Shown here: in pieces, positions 40,157-49,214 of the stretch
Numbering within the stretch: the first letter of the stretch is position 1
How the letters are laid out: each line of letters begins with the position of its first letter
Source: Hyphomicrobiales bacterium
Lineage (GTDB): Bacteria; Pseudomonadota; Alphaproteobacteria; Rhizobiales; NORP267
Length of the DNA: 64,000 nt
Direction of reading: 5' to 3'
Assembly (NCBI GenBank): GCA_021775855.1
Contig: JAJFGZ010000037.1
Span: 77,006-141,005 of the forward strand
Translations under genes and position numbers: made by a program
Notes under the pieces: model-generated
What the model was told of the DNA's origin: nothing
Database searches by the model: none
Seen by the model: only the letters and a program-made list of their open reading frames with translations

Positions 40157-41809
40157 TTAAACTCTCTTCTTGTCATAGGACGCCCGTACACCGGTGCCGT
40201 ATTTCAATAACGCGCCATCCTCGCCCGCTGCGTTTGGCCGCTGGAAAATCCAGTTTTGCCAAGCCGTCAAACGGCCGAAAATCTTGGTTTCCATCGTCTC
40301 TGGACCTGCAAACCGTAAATTGGCCTCCATCCCGGTCAGACCGTCGGGTGAGAAACTGGCGCGCTCCTCCAGCAGGATCCGGATTTCATCTTCCCAGTCG
40401 ATATCGTCGAAAGAATCGGTCACCAGACCCAGCACGGATGCCCGCTCGGCGTCGATTGTATTGTCAATTTCAGCCTTCGCGTTTGAATAAGAGTCCATTT
40501 CGCCCAGGAAACGGGTCTCCAGCCGGGAAAGGCCGTTGCCCATGGGGAGCGGGCCGAAATTAGCGGGCGTTAATGTCAGGTTGGCTTCGGGCCGGTTGTC
40601 GCCTTCTTCGGTGCCGATAAACATGTAGCTGCGGTCGGCTGCAAACATCATCTCGGCAAGGAAGCCTGCGAAACATGAGCCCGGTTCGGCCAACGCGATC
40701 AAGGTCCGCGATGTGACATCGAAGCGTTTCATGGTGCGCTTCCAATAATTGAATACTTCGCGCAGGAACCAATCGTCCAGACCCGTTTCCAGAAGCGCGT
40801 CGTAGACCAGGACCCGCGCTGCATCGCCCTCGGAGCGGATTTCCCAAATACCCAGGGTCAGTTCGTTGGCGCGCAAATGCAGGATCGCATCGTCGAGTTC
40901 GCGGCAAAGACGCAGTGGCCAGAAGTCGACTCCCTGCTCCAGCGCTGCTGCGGCATCGGCGGGGGCGTCAGAATCGGGACCTTTTACAAGGATCGAGGCT
41001 TTTCCAGCGTCGCGGTCCAATTCGATTTCAAGAGTCGAATAACGCACGCCGTCGTCAGTGAATTCGCGGGCAAGTGGCGGCAACGCGACACCTTGCGCAT
41101 TGTCAGGCCGGTCTGATTTGGAGGCGATGTCGCCAGTCAGTCCTGTCAGATGATCTTCGAGGTTTGAAGCTTTGACGGTTTCGTCGACCAACCGCCAATC
41201 GACTGCGCGCTGACCCCTGATCCCCTCTTCGAGGGTACAGAAAATATCGGCCCTGTCGCGGCGCACCTGGCGCTTATCGGTAACCCGGGTCAAGCCGCCG
41301 GTCCCCGGCAACACTGCCAGCAACGGGACCTCGGGAAGCGAGACGGACGAGGAATTGTCATCGATCAACACAATATGATCGGTCGCCAGTGCGAGTTCGT
41401 ACCCGCCACCCGCTGCGGTACCGTTTATGACGGCAACCCAGCGCTGGCCGGAATCTTCAAACGCGGCTTCGATCGTGTTGCGGGTCTCGTTGGTGAATTT
41501 GCAAAAGTTCACCTTATGGGTATGGCTTGACTGGCTGAGCATCCGGATATTGGCGCCCGCGCAGAAAACCCGATCCTTGCCAGATTCGAGCAGAATGACC
41601 TTGACCTCAGGGTGTTCGAACTTGAGCCGCATTACCGCGTCGTAAAGTTCGATATCAACGCCGAGGTCGTAGCTGTTCAGTTTAAGTTCGTAACCCGGAA
41701 CCAGACCACCCTCTGCATCAACGTCCATGGTGACGGTTGCGACGGGGCCGTCAAAATCGAGACGCCAGTGGCGATAGGTATTCGGTGAAGTCTGAAAATC
41801 GATCCGCAC
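40157..41809 (-). CDS. boxC: 2,3-epoxybenzoyl-CoA dihydrolase BoxC (crotonase superfamily)
   Basis: …IDFQTSPNTYRHWRLDFDGPVATVTMDVDAEGGLVPGYELKLNSYDLGVDIEL… matches the BoxC N-terminus. I prefer GTG 41809 (AAGGGGAAA upstream) over the track ATG 41893, whose 28 extra codons cover a palindromic region. Confidence 0.88.
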   Translation of the reverse strand: MRIDFQTSPNTYRHWRLDFDGPVATVTMDVDAEGGLVPGYELKLNSYDLGVDIELYDAVMRLKFEHPEVKVILLESGKDRVFCAGANIRMLSQSSHTHKVNFCKFTNETRNTIEAAFEDSGQRWVAVINGTAAGGGYELALATDHIVLIDDNSSSVSLPEVPLLAVLPGTGGLTRVTDKRQVRRDRADIFCTLEEGIRGQRAVDWRLVDETVKASNLEDHLTGLTGDIASKSDRPDNAQGVALPPLAREFTDDGVRYSTLEIELDRDAGKASILVKGPDSDAPADAAAALEQGVDFWPLRLCRELDDAILHLRANELTLGIWEIRSEGDAARVLVYDALLETGLDDWFLREVFNYWKRTMKRFDVTSRTLIALAEPGSCFAGFLAEMMFAADRSYMFIGTEEGDNRPEANLTLTPANFGPLPMGNGLSRLETRFLGEMDSYSNAKAEIDNTIDAERASVLGLVTDSFDDIDWEDEIRILLEERASFSPDGLTGMEANLRFAGPETMETKIFGRLTAWQNWIFQRPNAAGEDGALLKYGTGVRASYDKKRV

Positions 41810-41833
41810 CTGTTTCCCCTTTGATAGAATAAT

Positions 41834-41853
41834 TATCCGCCGGATAGGCGGAT
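41834..41853. promoter_or_regulatory. Overlapping palindromes upstream of boxC (candidate operator or 5' UTR hairpin)
   Basis: TATCCG-C-CGGATA (41834..41846) overlaps ATCCGCC-ggata-GGCGGAT (41835..41853). Confidence 0.35.
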
Positions 41854-41973
41854 TGCCCGACCTAAACCTACGACCAAAGTCAGGAATTGACAATCAAAAT
41901 ATGATTTATATATCCTTTCTGCATTAAATAGGCTATAAAGGTTACAATTTTGTTGGATTTGCGGGCTACTGAC

Positions 41974-42891
41974 ATGAGCAAACCTCTTGGAAATACTTCT
42001 GAAATCGGTATCGACCCCGGTAAGAACGGGAACGAACGGTCGCTCAAACTGGCCGTTGGCCGGAAAGTACGCCTTCAGCGAACCCGACGCAAAATGACCC
42101 GCCGTGATCTTGGCAGGAAGACCGATATATCCGAGCGTTATCTGGGCGAAGTCGAGCGCGGGCGTGCCAATGTTACACTTGGATTGCTGCAGCGCATCGC
42201 CAATGCGCTTAAGGAGCCATTGCAAACGTTTATCCCGGCGATCAATTCAGATTCCCAGATTAGCCCCCTGCTGACAGATCTGATTGGACGTATGAATCCG
42301 GCCGAGCAGGCACGGACATACCGCTCGCTATTGCGCCAGCGTAAGGAAACCGATCAAAGAACCAGGGGTGTCGCTTTGATCGGGTTGCGCGGCGCCGGCA
42401 AATCCACCCTCGGTGAGAAACTCTCGCGCACCTTTGACGTTAGCTTTCTGAAGCTGTCGGACGTCATCGAAGATATCTCCGGGATGGCGGTGGGCGAAAT
42501 AATCGAACTGCTCGGCCAGAAGACATACCGGCGCATAGAGCGACAGGCCCTCGACCGGATCAACGAGAGCCATTCGGTTGCAATTGTCGAAGCCGGCGGC
42601 GGGCTGGTGCAATCCCGGGATTCATTCGACACCCTTCTCGGACGCTATCTGACCATCTGGATCAAGGCCGATCCGGAACAGCATATGCAGCGGGTCATTG
42701 ATCAGGGAGACCTGCGCCCGATGGCCGGCAATGATCTGGCGATGGACGAATTGCGGCTCATCCTCAAGGAACGCGAACTCTATTATTCCCAGGCTGATTT
42801 TACGATCGACACCAGCGTTCAATCAATCGAATCTGCGTCCAAAGAGCTGCAAAATATCTGCAAGAACGCCTTTAGACCAGGCCGGCGATAA
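41974..42891 (+). CDS. boxR: BzdR/BoxR-type transcriptional regulator (XRE HTH fused to a shikimate-kinase-like domain)
   Basis: HTH region KVRLQRTRRKMTRRDLGRKTDISERYLGEVERGRANVTLGLLQRIANAL plus P-loop GLRGAGKST. Divergent from boxC. The start is uncertain (TTG 41950 or ATG 41974). Confidence 0.85.
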   Translation: MSKPLGNTSEIGIDPGKNGNERSLKLAVGRKVRLQRTRRKMTRRDLGRKTDISERYLGEVERGRANVTLGLLQRIANALKEPLQTFIPAINSDSQISPLLTDLIGRMNPAEQARTYRSLLRQRKETDQRTRGVALIGLRGAGKSTLGEKLSRTFDVSFLKLSDVIEDISGMAVGEIIELLGQKTYRRIERQALDRINESHSVAIVEAGGGLVQSRDSFDTLLGRYLTIWIKADPEQHMQRVIDQGDLRPMAGNDLAMDELRLILKERELYYSQADFTIDTSVQSIESASKELQNICKNAFRPGRR

Positions 42892-43690
42892 AAGCCCCGC
42901 AGGCATCAAGCGTCGCCTCCGGGCTTTCCCGATACGGTGAATGCCGGCAATCAGGGAGTGCCGCAACGGAGACGGGAGCGGTACATTTATCTTCCGCCGC
43001 CTGCCATTGCAGCGCGGTGCCGTAAGGGTCGTCCACGCCCTGGATGATCAGCATTGGCACGTGCACATTTGGAAGCGAAGGTTCGATATTCCATGCCCGG
43101 AAATCGTTATCGAGCCAGACCCGGTTCCACCCCAGAAAAGCGCATTCAACATTGCCACCGTGGTGGCGCTCAAGCTTCTCTCTAAGGTCCGTAGTATCCC
43201 AGGCTTTGGCTGCAGCCTTGATGGCTTTGATCGACACGTCTTCTACAAAAAAATGCGGCGCCATCAACACGAGGCCAAGCACCCGATCGTCCTTGAACTG
43301 CCCGGCATATATGGTCGCGATCGACGCGCCATCGCTATGGCCAATCAGGATACATTTTCCGATTTTCCAATGGTCCAATATGGCCCCGAGGATATTATCC
43401 GCTTCGTCGTGCATATAGCTTGTTGGACGCGGCAGGTCGCATGGGTCCGATTTCCCATAACCCATACGGGAATAAACCAATACGCCACAACCAGTTGCCT
43501 CAGCCAATAGTTCTGGAAAATCGCGCCACATGGAGACGCTTCCAAGACCCTCATGGAGCAACACCAGGGTTGGTGCTTTTTCGGCTTCAGGGCCTAGCCA
43601 GAGATATTCCAGATTTTGAGACGCCCCGCCGTCGCGCGGGGTGATCGCCATATGCCCGCGTCGCGCCTGCATGGCTTTGTTCCGGCTCAC
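42872..43690 (-). CDS. Alpha/beta-fold hydrolase co-transcribed with benzoate-CoA ligase
   Basis: 272 aa with HEGLGS oxyanion region, nucleophile elbow GHSDGA, and C-terminal D/H (GVDDPYG…, …CRHSP). Its start overlaps the bclA stop by 4 nt. Confidence 0.8.
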   Translation of the reverse strand: MSRNKAMQARRGHMAITPRDGGASQNLEYLWLGPEAEKAPTLVLLHEGLGSVSMWRDFPELLAEATGCGVLVYSRMGYGKSDPCDLPRPTSYMHDEADNILGAILDHWKIGKCILIGHSDGASIATIYAGQFKDDRVLGLVLMAPHFFVEDVSIKAIKAAAKAWDTTDLREKLERHHGGNVECAFLGWNRVWLDNDFRAWNIEPSLPNVHVPMLIIQGVDDPYGTALQWQAAEDKCTAPVSVAALPDCRHSPYRESPEATLDACGAFIAGLV

Positions 43691-45222
43691 TCGCGTAACT
43701 TAAATCGCTGAATCTTACCCGTTGCCGTTTTCGGAAAATCGTCGACGGCCTCGATCCAGCGTGGGTATTTCCACGGACCGGCCTGTTCCTTGACGAGGTT
43801 TTTTAATTCGTCGCGAAGCTTGTCATCGAGGGTCACGCCATCGGCCAAAATCAGAAAGGCCTTTGGCTTGATGAGGGTCTCCTCATCTTCAAACGGAATG
43901 ACGGCGGCTTCAATCACCGCATCGTGGCAGATCAGGGCACCCTCTACCTCGAATGGCGAAACCCAGATCCCCGACACCTTGAACATATCGTCGGAGCGCC
44001 CGCAGATATGATAGATGCCGTCTTCGTCCTGATAGTACTTGTCCCCGGTCCAGGTCCAACGGCCCTGGAAGGTATTGACCGTTTTCTTGCGTTGATTCCA
44101 GTATTCGTTTGCAGCCGAAGGACCGTCGACGATCATCTCGCCGATCTCACCCCGAGGCACGTCGCTACCGTCTTCATCCACCAGTCGCACGGCATATCCC
44201 GGGTTTGCGACACCAGAGGTCCCGTAGCGTACTTCTCCCGGCCGGTTGGACAGGAACATATGGAGAAATTCAGTCGAGCCGACGCCGTCGATGATTTCAA
44301 CGCCAAACAGTTTCTCGAACTTGATCCCGATATCCTCCGGCAGGGCTTCACCCGCAGACGCGCACAAACGGAGCCTGGAGGATCCGTTTTTCGGAATGCA
44401 ATTTGGATCGGCAAGCATCGCCACGTATAGCGTTGGAACGCCATAAAAAATTGTCGGCTGGGTGCGCTTCATCGTGCGGATGCAGGATTCAGGCGTTGGG
44501 CGCTCAGCCATCAATATAGCTGTCGCGCCCGCGCCGAGCGGGAACATGCCGGCATTCCCAAGTCCGTAAGCGAAGAACAGTTTTGCTGCCGAGAACACAA
44601 CATCATCTTCGCGGATCCCGAGCACCTGTTTGCCATAGCTTTCACAGATTGCGCGCGGAGACGAATGTCGGTGCAGCACGCCTTTTGGCATTCCTGTGGA
44701 ACCTGACGAATAGAGCCAGAACGCAACCTCATCCTCGATGGTGGGCACGGCCTCAAAATTTTCGGACGCGTTGTCCAGATGCGTGGTCAGGTCCTCGTGT
44801 AAACCGGCTTCGCCACCAGAAACGACAATTGTCTTCAGTTCCGCCAGATCGTCCAGGATCGGCTCGACCTGGGGCAACAGAGCCGCAGATACGACCAGGA
44901 CACGGGCGCGGCAGTCACCCAAAATATACTTGTACTGGTCAGTGGTCAGCAACGTATTGAGTGGGATGGGGACGATGCCCGCCTTGATCGCGCCCCAGAA
45001 TATGGTCGGGAAATCGATCGTATCGAGCATGATCATCGCAACCCGTGCATCACGCTCAAGGCCAAGTCCGGTGAGAGCATTGGCGCCCTGGCTTACCCGT
45101 TTGCTCAGCTCTGCGTAGGTATATTCACCGGAATCATCGATGATGGCGACCTTGTCGCCGCGTCCTTCGGAAACGTGGCGGTCGACCATGTCACTTGCGC
45201 TGTTGTAGATGTCACTACCCAT
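43687..45222 (-). CDS. bclA: Benzoate-CoA ligase (AMP-forming)
   Basis: 511 aa with AMP-binding motif YSSGSTGMPKGV and …TGDKY…DGIYHICGRSDDMFKVSG…. Located in the box cluster. SD GAGGGAG. Confidence 0.85.
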   Translation of the reverse strand: MGSDIYNSASDMVDRHVSEGRGDKVAIIDDSGEYTYAELSKRVSQGANALTGLGLERDARVAMIMLDTIDFPTIFWGAIKAGIVPIPLNTLLTTDQYKYILGDCRARVLVVSAALLPQVEPILDDLAELKTIVVSGGEAGLHEDLTTHLDNASENFEAVPTIEDEVAFWLYSSGSTGMPKGVLHRHSSPRAICESYGKQVLGIREDDVVFSAAKLFFAYGLGNAGMFPLGAGATAILMAERPTPESCIRTMKRTQPTIFYGVPTLYVAMLADPNCIPKNGSSRLRLCASAGEALPEDIGIKFEKLFGVEIIDGVGSTEFLHMFLSNRPGEVRYGTSGVANPGYAVRLVDEDGSDVPRGEIGEMIVDGPSAANEYWNQRKKTVNTFQGRWTWTGDKYYQDEDGIYHICGRSDDMFKVSGIWVSPFEVEGALICHDAVIEAAVIPFEDEETLIKPKAFLILADGVTLDDKLRDELKNLVKEQAGPWKYPRWIEAVDDFPKTATGKIQRFKLRE

Positions 45223-45291
45223 AAAAACTCCCTCATATCGGCTGGCCTATTGTTGCTCGCGCGACAGGTACAGGTCCAGAATGCGCGGGAA

Positions 45292-45993
45292 CTATACGCC
45301 CAGATATCGAGCATGGAGGTCGGAATTTTCCGTCAACTGGGTCGACGTGCCTTCCCAGACCACGACACCTTTCTCGATAATATAGTGGCGGTCGGCAATC
45401 CGGCACAGGTCGGAAATGTTTTTATCGACGACAAGAATTGACTGGCGCTCGTTCTTGAGACGCCCGAGGCAGGCCCAAATTTCCTGACGCACCAACGGCG
45501 CCAACCCTTCCGTCGCTTCATCGAGGATCAGGAGTTCAGGATTTGTCATCAGCGCCCGGCCTATGGCTAACATCTGCTGTTCGCCGCCCGACAGCAAGTT
45601 GCCCATCTGCGATTTGCGGTCCGCCAATTCGGGGAACATCCCCAAAACTTTTTCAATCGTCCATGGATCGGAGCGCCCGGTCCGGTTTGACGCGGTGGCG
45701 ATCAGGTTTTCGTATACGGTCAGGTTCGGGAATATCTGGCGGCCTTCCGGCACAATTGTGAGCCCAAACCGCGCGATGCTGAAAGAGGGCAGCCCGGTAA
45801 TATCCTTACCGTTGAAAACCACACGGCCTGATCGGGATCCGACGATCCCCATCACCGTGTTCAGAGTGGTGGTCTTGCCCATTCCGTTTCGCCCGATCAG
45901 GGTGATGACCTCACCCGCCCCGGCTTGCAGCTCCATGCCGAACAGAGCCTGGCTAACACCGTAAAAAGTCGTTAGGTTCTGGACTTCAAGCAT
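45292..45993 (-). CDS. ABC transporter ATP-binding protein, LivF-type
   Basis: 233 aa with Walker A GRNGMGKTT, signature LSGGEQQM and Walker B LLILDEAT. Confidence 0.9.
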   Translation of the reverse strand: MLEVQNLTTFYGVSQALFGMELQAGAGEVITLIGRNGMGKTTTLNTVMGIVGSRSGRVVFNGKDITGLPSFSIARFGLTIVPEGRQIFPNLTVYENLIATASNRTGRSDPWTIEKVLGMFPELADRKSQMGNLLSGGEQQMLAIGRALMTNPELLILDEATEGLAPLVRQEIWACLGRLKNERQSILVVDKNISDLCRIADRHYIIEKGVVVWEGTSTQLTENSDLHARYLGV

Positions 45994-46744
45994 TGATTGT
46001 CTCTTCGCCTAGATAAGCTTTTTTCACATCTTCGTTGCTACGAATGGCGTCGGGCGGACCGGAAGCGATGACGCGCCCGTAAACAAGGACCGTGACACGA
46101 TCGGCTAACGTAAACACCGCATCCATGTCGTGCTCGATCAGTAGAATGGTCATCTCCCCTTTGAGCTGTTCCAGGGTTTCAACCATGCGCTGGGACTCTT
46201 CCGGGCCCATCCCTGCCATCGGCTCGTCGAGCAACAACATGCGAGGTTTGGTCGCCAGTGCCATGGCAATTTCGAGCTGCCGGTGTTCGCCGTGCGACAA
46301 CTCGTTGCAGAGGATGTCGCTCCGGTCGAGAAGGTTCACGCGTTCGAGGGCGGCCTCCGCCGGTTCGTTCAGCTGCCGGTCGTTACGGGCGGTTTTCCAG
46401 AACCTAAAAGAATGGCCCTGATGGGCCTGGACGGCTAACGCCACGTTGGCCAATACCGTCATATCTTGGAACACCGAAGTGATCTGGAATGAGCGCGCAA
46501 GCCCCAGCTGACAGCGTTTATGGGCCGGTCGGCGGGTTATGTTATGGCCCGTAAAGGAGATGTACCCATCGTCACAAATCAAGGCGCCTGCCAGTTGGGC
46601 AATCAGTGTCGTCTTGCCAGCGCCGTTTGGGCCGATAACCGCGTGTATTTCGTTTTCGCGAACTTCGAGATCGACATTGTCGGTTGCGTGGACACCGCCG
46701 AAACTCTTTTCGAGGCCTTCAACCTTGAGGATGGCTTCAGTCAT
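45986..46744 (-). CDS. ABC transporter ATP-binding protein, LivG-type
   Basis: 252 aa with Walker A GPNGAGKTT, signature LSHGEHRQ and Walker B LLLDEPMAG. Confidence 0.9.
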   Translation of the reverse strand: MTEAILKVEGLEKSFGGVHATDNVDLEVRENEIHAVIGPNGAGKTTLIAQLAGALICDDGYISFTGHNITRRPAHKRCQLGLARSFQITSVFQDMTVLANVALAVQAHQGHSFRFWKTARNDRQLNEPAEAALERVNLLDRSDILCNELSHGEHRQLEIAMALATKPRMLLLDEPMAGMGPEESQRMVETLEQLKGEMTILLIEHDMDAVFTLADRVTVLVYGRVIASGPPDAIRSNEDVKKAYLGEETINA

Positions 46745-48164
46745 CTTCGCTACCCCTCACAATTACGCGCGTTCCCGCCAGGTCATCATGCAAAGCAAGT
46801 TTATTTGGATCGATCAGGCACCCGATATAGCCAAGAAGCAATATTCCCAGATTGAGCAATTGACCGAAATTGCGCTGGACCGCCTGGGCAGGTGTCATGG
46901 TTCGGCCGTCCGCGGACACGATGCGCAGACCCATGATCAATTTACCAACGGAGCCGCGGCGGTACGACGACGGGAATATGAAGTGATTCACGAATACCCA
47001 ACCAAACACGAAATAAGTGCAAATAATCATGATCAGATCGGCGTGGTATTCTTCTTTCGGGAGTTCCATCAGATTCAGGCCAACCACCCCAATCAAAATC
47101 CAGGACAAAGCCGTAAGGATGCCCACATCGATCGCGGTCGCCAGAAAACGTTTCACGCCCGGCGCCATGAGTAAGTCGTGGCGAACGGCATCCGCCGAGA
47201 TTTTATAGCGCCCGAGCCAACCATCGATGCCGCTGCGCGCAAACAACACGACCAGGATCAGGAACGGCCCGAAATATATCCGCCAGTAAATGCCGACGAC
47301 CGGGAGATCACCGACATATTCGGCAATCAGAAAAAACGTAACCGCTCCAAGAACCGGTCCCAAAACCGACCCCATACCGCCGAGGACGACCATGAAAATC
47401 AACTCGCCTGATGTGCGCCAGGCGGTATCTTCTGGGTTCACAAAATTTGCATAATTGGCGAATAACACGCCAGCGAGGGCGCACATCACGCCGCTGATCA
47501 CATAGCAGACCAGTCTGTACTGGTAGGTGCCGTACCCGAGGGCCTGCATCCGCGGCTCGTTTGATTTCGAGCCCTGAATGACGCTGCCGAACCGGCTGTT
47601 GACGATCTTGTAAATCAAATAGACGATGAGCAGGAGCGCGCCCAGCATGACATAGTAGAGTACTTTATCGTTTTCGATATCGAATAGCGGGCCGAAATCG
47701 CTGCGCTCGTTGACGATCAAACCGTCATCACCGCCATATTCTTCCAGGCTGGTAAACCCGAAAAACATCATCTGGGCGAAAGCCAGCGTGATCATGATAA
47801 AGTACACGCCCTTGGTCTTGAGACTGATCGCACCGGTAATAAGGGCGAACACGGCGGCCAGGACCAGCGCCAGGAATAAATGTCCGAAGCCATTTGTATA
47901 ACCGTTGGCAACACTGATGCCGACCGTGTACCCGCCGATCGCCAGATACGCGCCATGGCCGAAGCTGATCATCCCACCAAAGCCGAGGATCAGGTTGAGG
48001 CTTGCCGCCGCCATGGCGAAACTCATGATCAACATGCCAAAGGAAATCAGATTCCTTTGGCCTGAGATATCGGCATAGATCGGCAACAGGATTACCCCGA
48101 TCAGCGCAATCCCATAGAACCACGCGCGATAGGAAAAATTTCTGGAGAAAAGTGCGTCCATCAA
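46737..48164 (-). CDS. LivM-type branched-chain/aromatic-acid ABC permease fused to a C-terminal RDD-family membrane domain
   Basis: 475 aa. Residues ~1-320 are LivM-like (…LNLILGFGGMISFGHGAYLAIG…, …GELIFMVVLGGMGSVLGPVLGA…). Residues ~330-470 carry the RDD pattern (KRFLATAIDVGIL…, RRGSVGKLIMGLRIV…, …ALHDDLAGTRVI). Confidence 0.85.
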   Translation of the reverse strand: MMDALFSRNFSYRAWFYGIALIGVILLPIYADISGQRNLISFGMLIMSFAMAAASLNLILGFGGMISFGHGAYLAIGGYTVGISVANGYTNGFGHLFLALVLAAVFALITGAISLKTKGVYFIMITLAFAQMMFFGFTSLEEYGGDDGLIVNERSDFGPLFDIENDKVLYYVMLGALLLIVYLIYKIVNSRFGSVIQGSKSNEPRMQALGYGTYQYRLVCYVISGVMCALAGVLFANYANFVNPEDTAWRTSGELIFMVVLGGMGSVLGPVLGAVTFFLIAEYVGDLPVVGIYWRIYFGPFLILVVLFARSGIDGWLGRYKISADAVRHDLLMAPGVKRFLATAIDVGILTALSWILIGVVGLNLMELPKEEYHADLIMIICTYFVFGWVFVNHFIFPSSYRRGSVGKLIMGLRIVSADGRTMTPAQAVQRNFGQLLNLGILLLGYIGCLIDPNKLALHDDLAGTRVIVRGSEDD

Positions 48165-48177
48165 TCTGATCGGCTTT

Positions 48178-49098
48178 CTATCGCGTCTTCGGCGGGAACA
48201 GGCCCTGGGGACTGAAAAACAGGATCGCGGCCATCATGATATAGATCAGCATCGCAGCGATGGCGGGCGCCGCCGTCTCAGCATTCTGTTCGGTGATGAA
48301 TAGTTTAAGCAACTGGTCCAGATAGGATCTGCCGAGCGTGTCCACGAGGCCGACAACGATCGACGCAACAAACGCACCGCGGATAGACCCGATGCCGCCA
48401 ATCACAATCACCACGAAGGCCTGGATAATAATATCGTTGCCCATGCCGATCGTGGCTTCGGTTGTGATCGCGGTCGACATCAACCCGGCCAACCCGGCGA
48501 GCGCCGCTCCCATTCCGAAAACAAGGGTAAAAAGGCGCTTGATATCGACCCCAAGTGCGCCGGCCATGGTGCGGTTGGACGCCCCTGCCCTGATGAGCAT
48601 GCCCATTTTTGTGCGCACCACCAGATAGTACAAGAAAGCGGCTACCAGCAACCCGATAGCGATAATGAGCAGCCTGATTGTCGGGATCGGAATATCGCCC
48701 GGAAGGGTGATAAATCCGTTCAGGTAATCAGGCAAAACGACCGCAACCCCGACCGGTCCCCAGATCAGCTGGAGCAGCGTATCGAAGAACAATATAAGAC
48801 CGAAGGTCGCCAGCACCTGATCCAGGTGGTGTCTATCGTATAGCGTTCGAAGGGTTGTCACCTCGACGATATAGCCCACAAGGAATGCCAGCGGCAGGGC
48901 CAGAACGAGGCCAACCAGGAACGAGCCTGTAATCGCGGCCATGGTCGCGCCAATAAAGGCGCCGATCATGTAGAACGATCCATGCGCCAGGTTGACGAGA
49001 TCCATAATTCCAAAAACGAGGGTCAGACCGGCTGCCAGCAAAAACAACAGAATTCCGAGCTGTAACCCGTTGATCAGCTGTGTAATCAGCAAAATCAT
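48178..49098 (-). CDS. LivH-type ABC permease
   Basis: MILLITQLINGLQLGILLFLLAAGLTLVFG… is a typical LivH N-terminus. ATG 49098 has the SD GGGGGGAGA; the track ORF is 14 codons longer. Confidence 0.88.
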   Translation of the reverse strand: MILLITQLINGLQLGILLFLLAAGLTLVFGIMDLVNLAHGSFYMIGAFIGATMAAITGSFLVGLVLALPLAFLVGYIVEVTTLRTLYDRHHLDQVLATFGLILFFDTLLQLIWGPVGVAVVLPDYLNGFITLPGDIPIPTIRLLIIAIGLLVAAFLYYLVVRTKMGMLIRAGASNRTMAGALGVDIKRLFTLVFGMGAALAGLAGLMSTAITTEATIGMGNDIIIQAFVVIVIGGIGSIRGAFVASIVVGLVDTLGRSYLDQLLKLFITEQNAETAAPAIAAMLIYIMMAAILFFSPQGLFPPKTR

Positions 49099-49164
49099 GC
49101 TCAGTGATCTCCCCCCAATAGAGTCCCGACTATATAGCAAAAATATGTGGAATATTGATTTTTG

Positions 49165-49188
49165 CGGGGGCGCGGTGACGCGCCCCCG
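49165..49188. other. Intercistronic GC-rich hairpin between the substrate-binding gene and the permease genes
   Basis: CGGGGGCGCG-gtga-CGCGCCCCCG is a perfect 10-bp stem with a 4-nt loop. No U-tract follows it on the coding (-) strand. Confidence 0.5.
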
Positions 49189-49214
49189 ATGTTGGTTTTC
49201 AGATTATTGACGGA

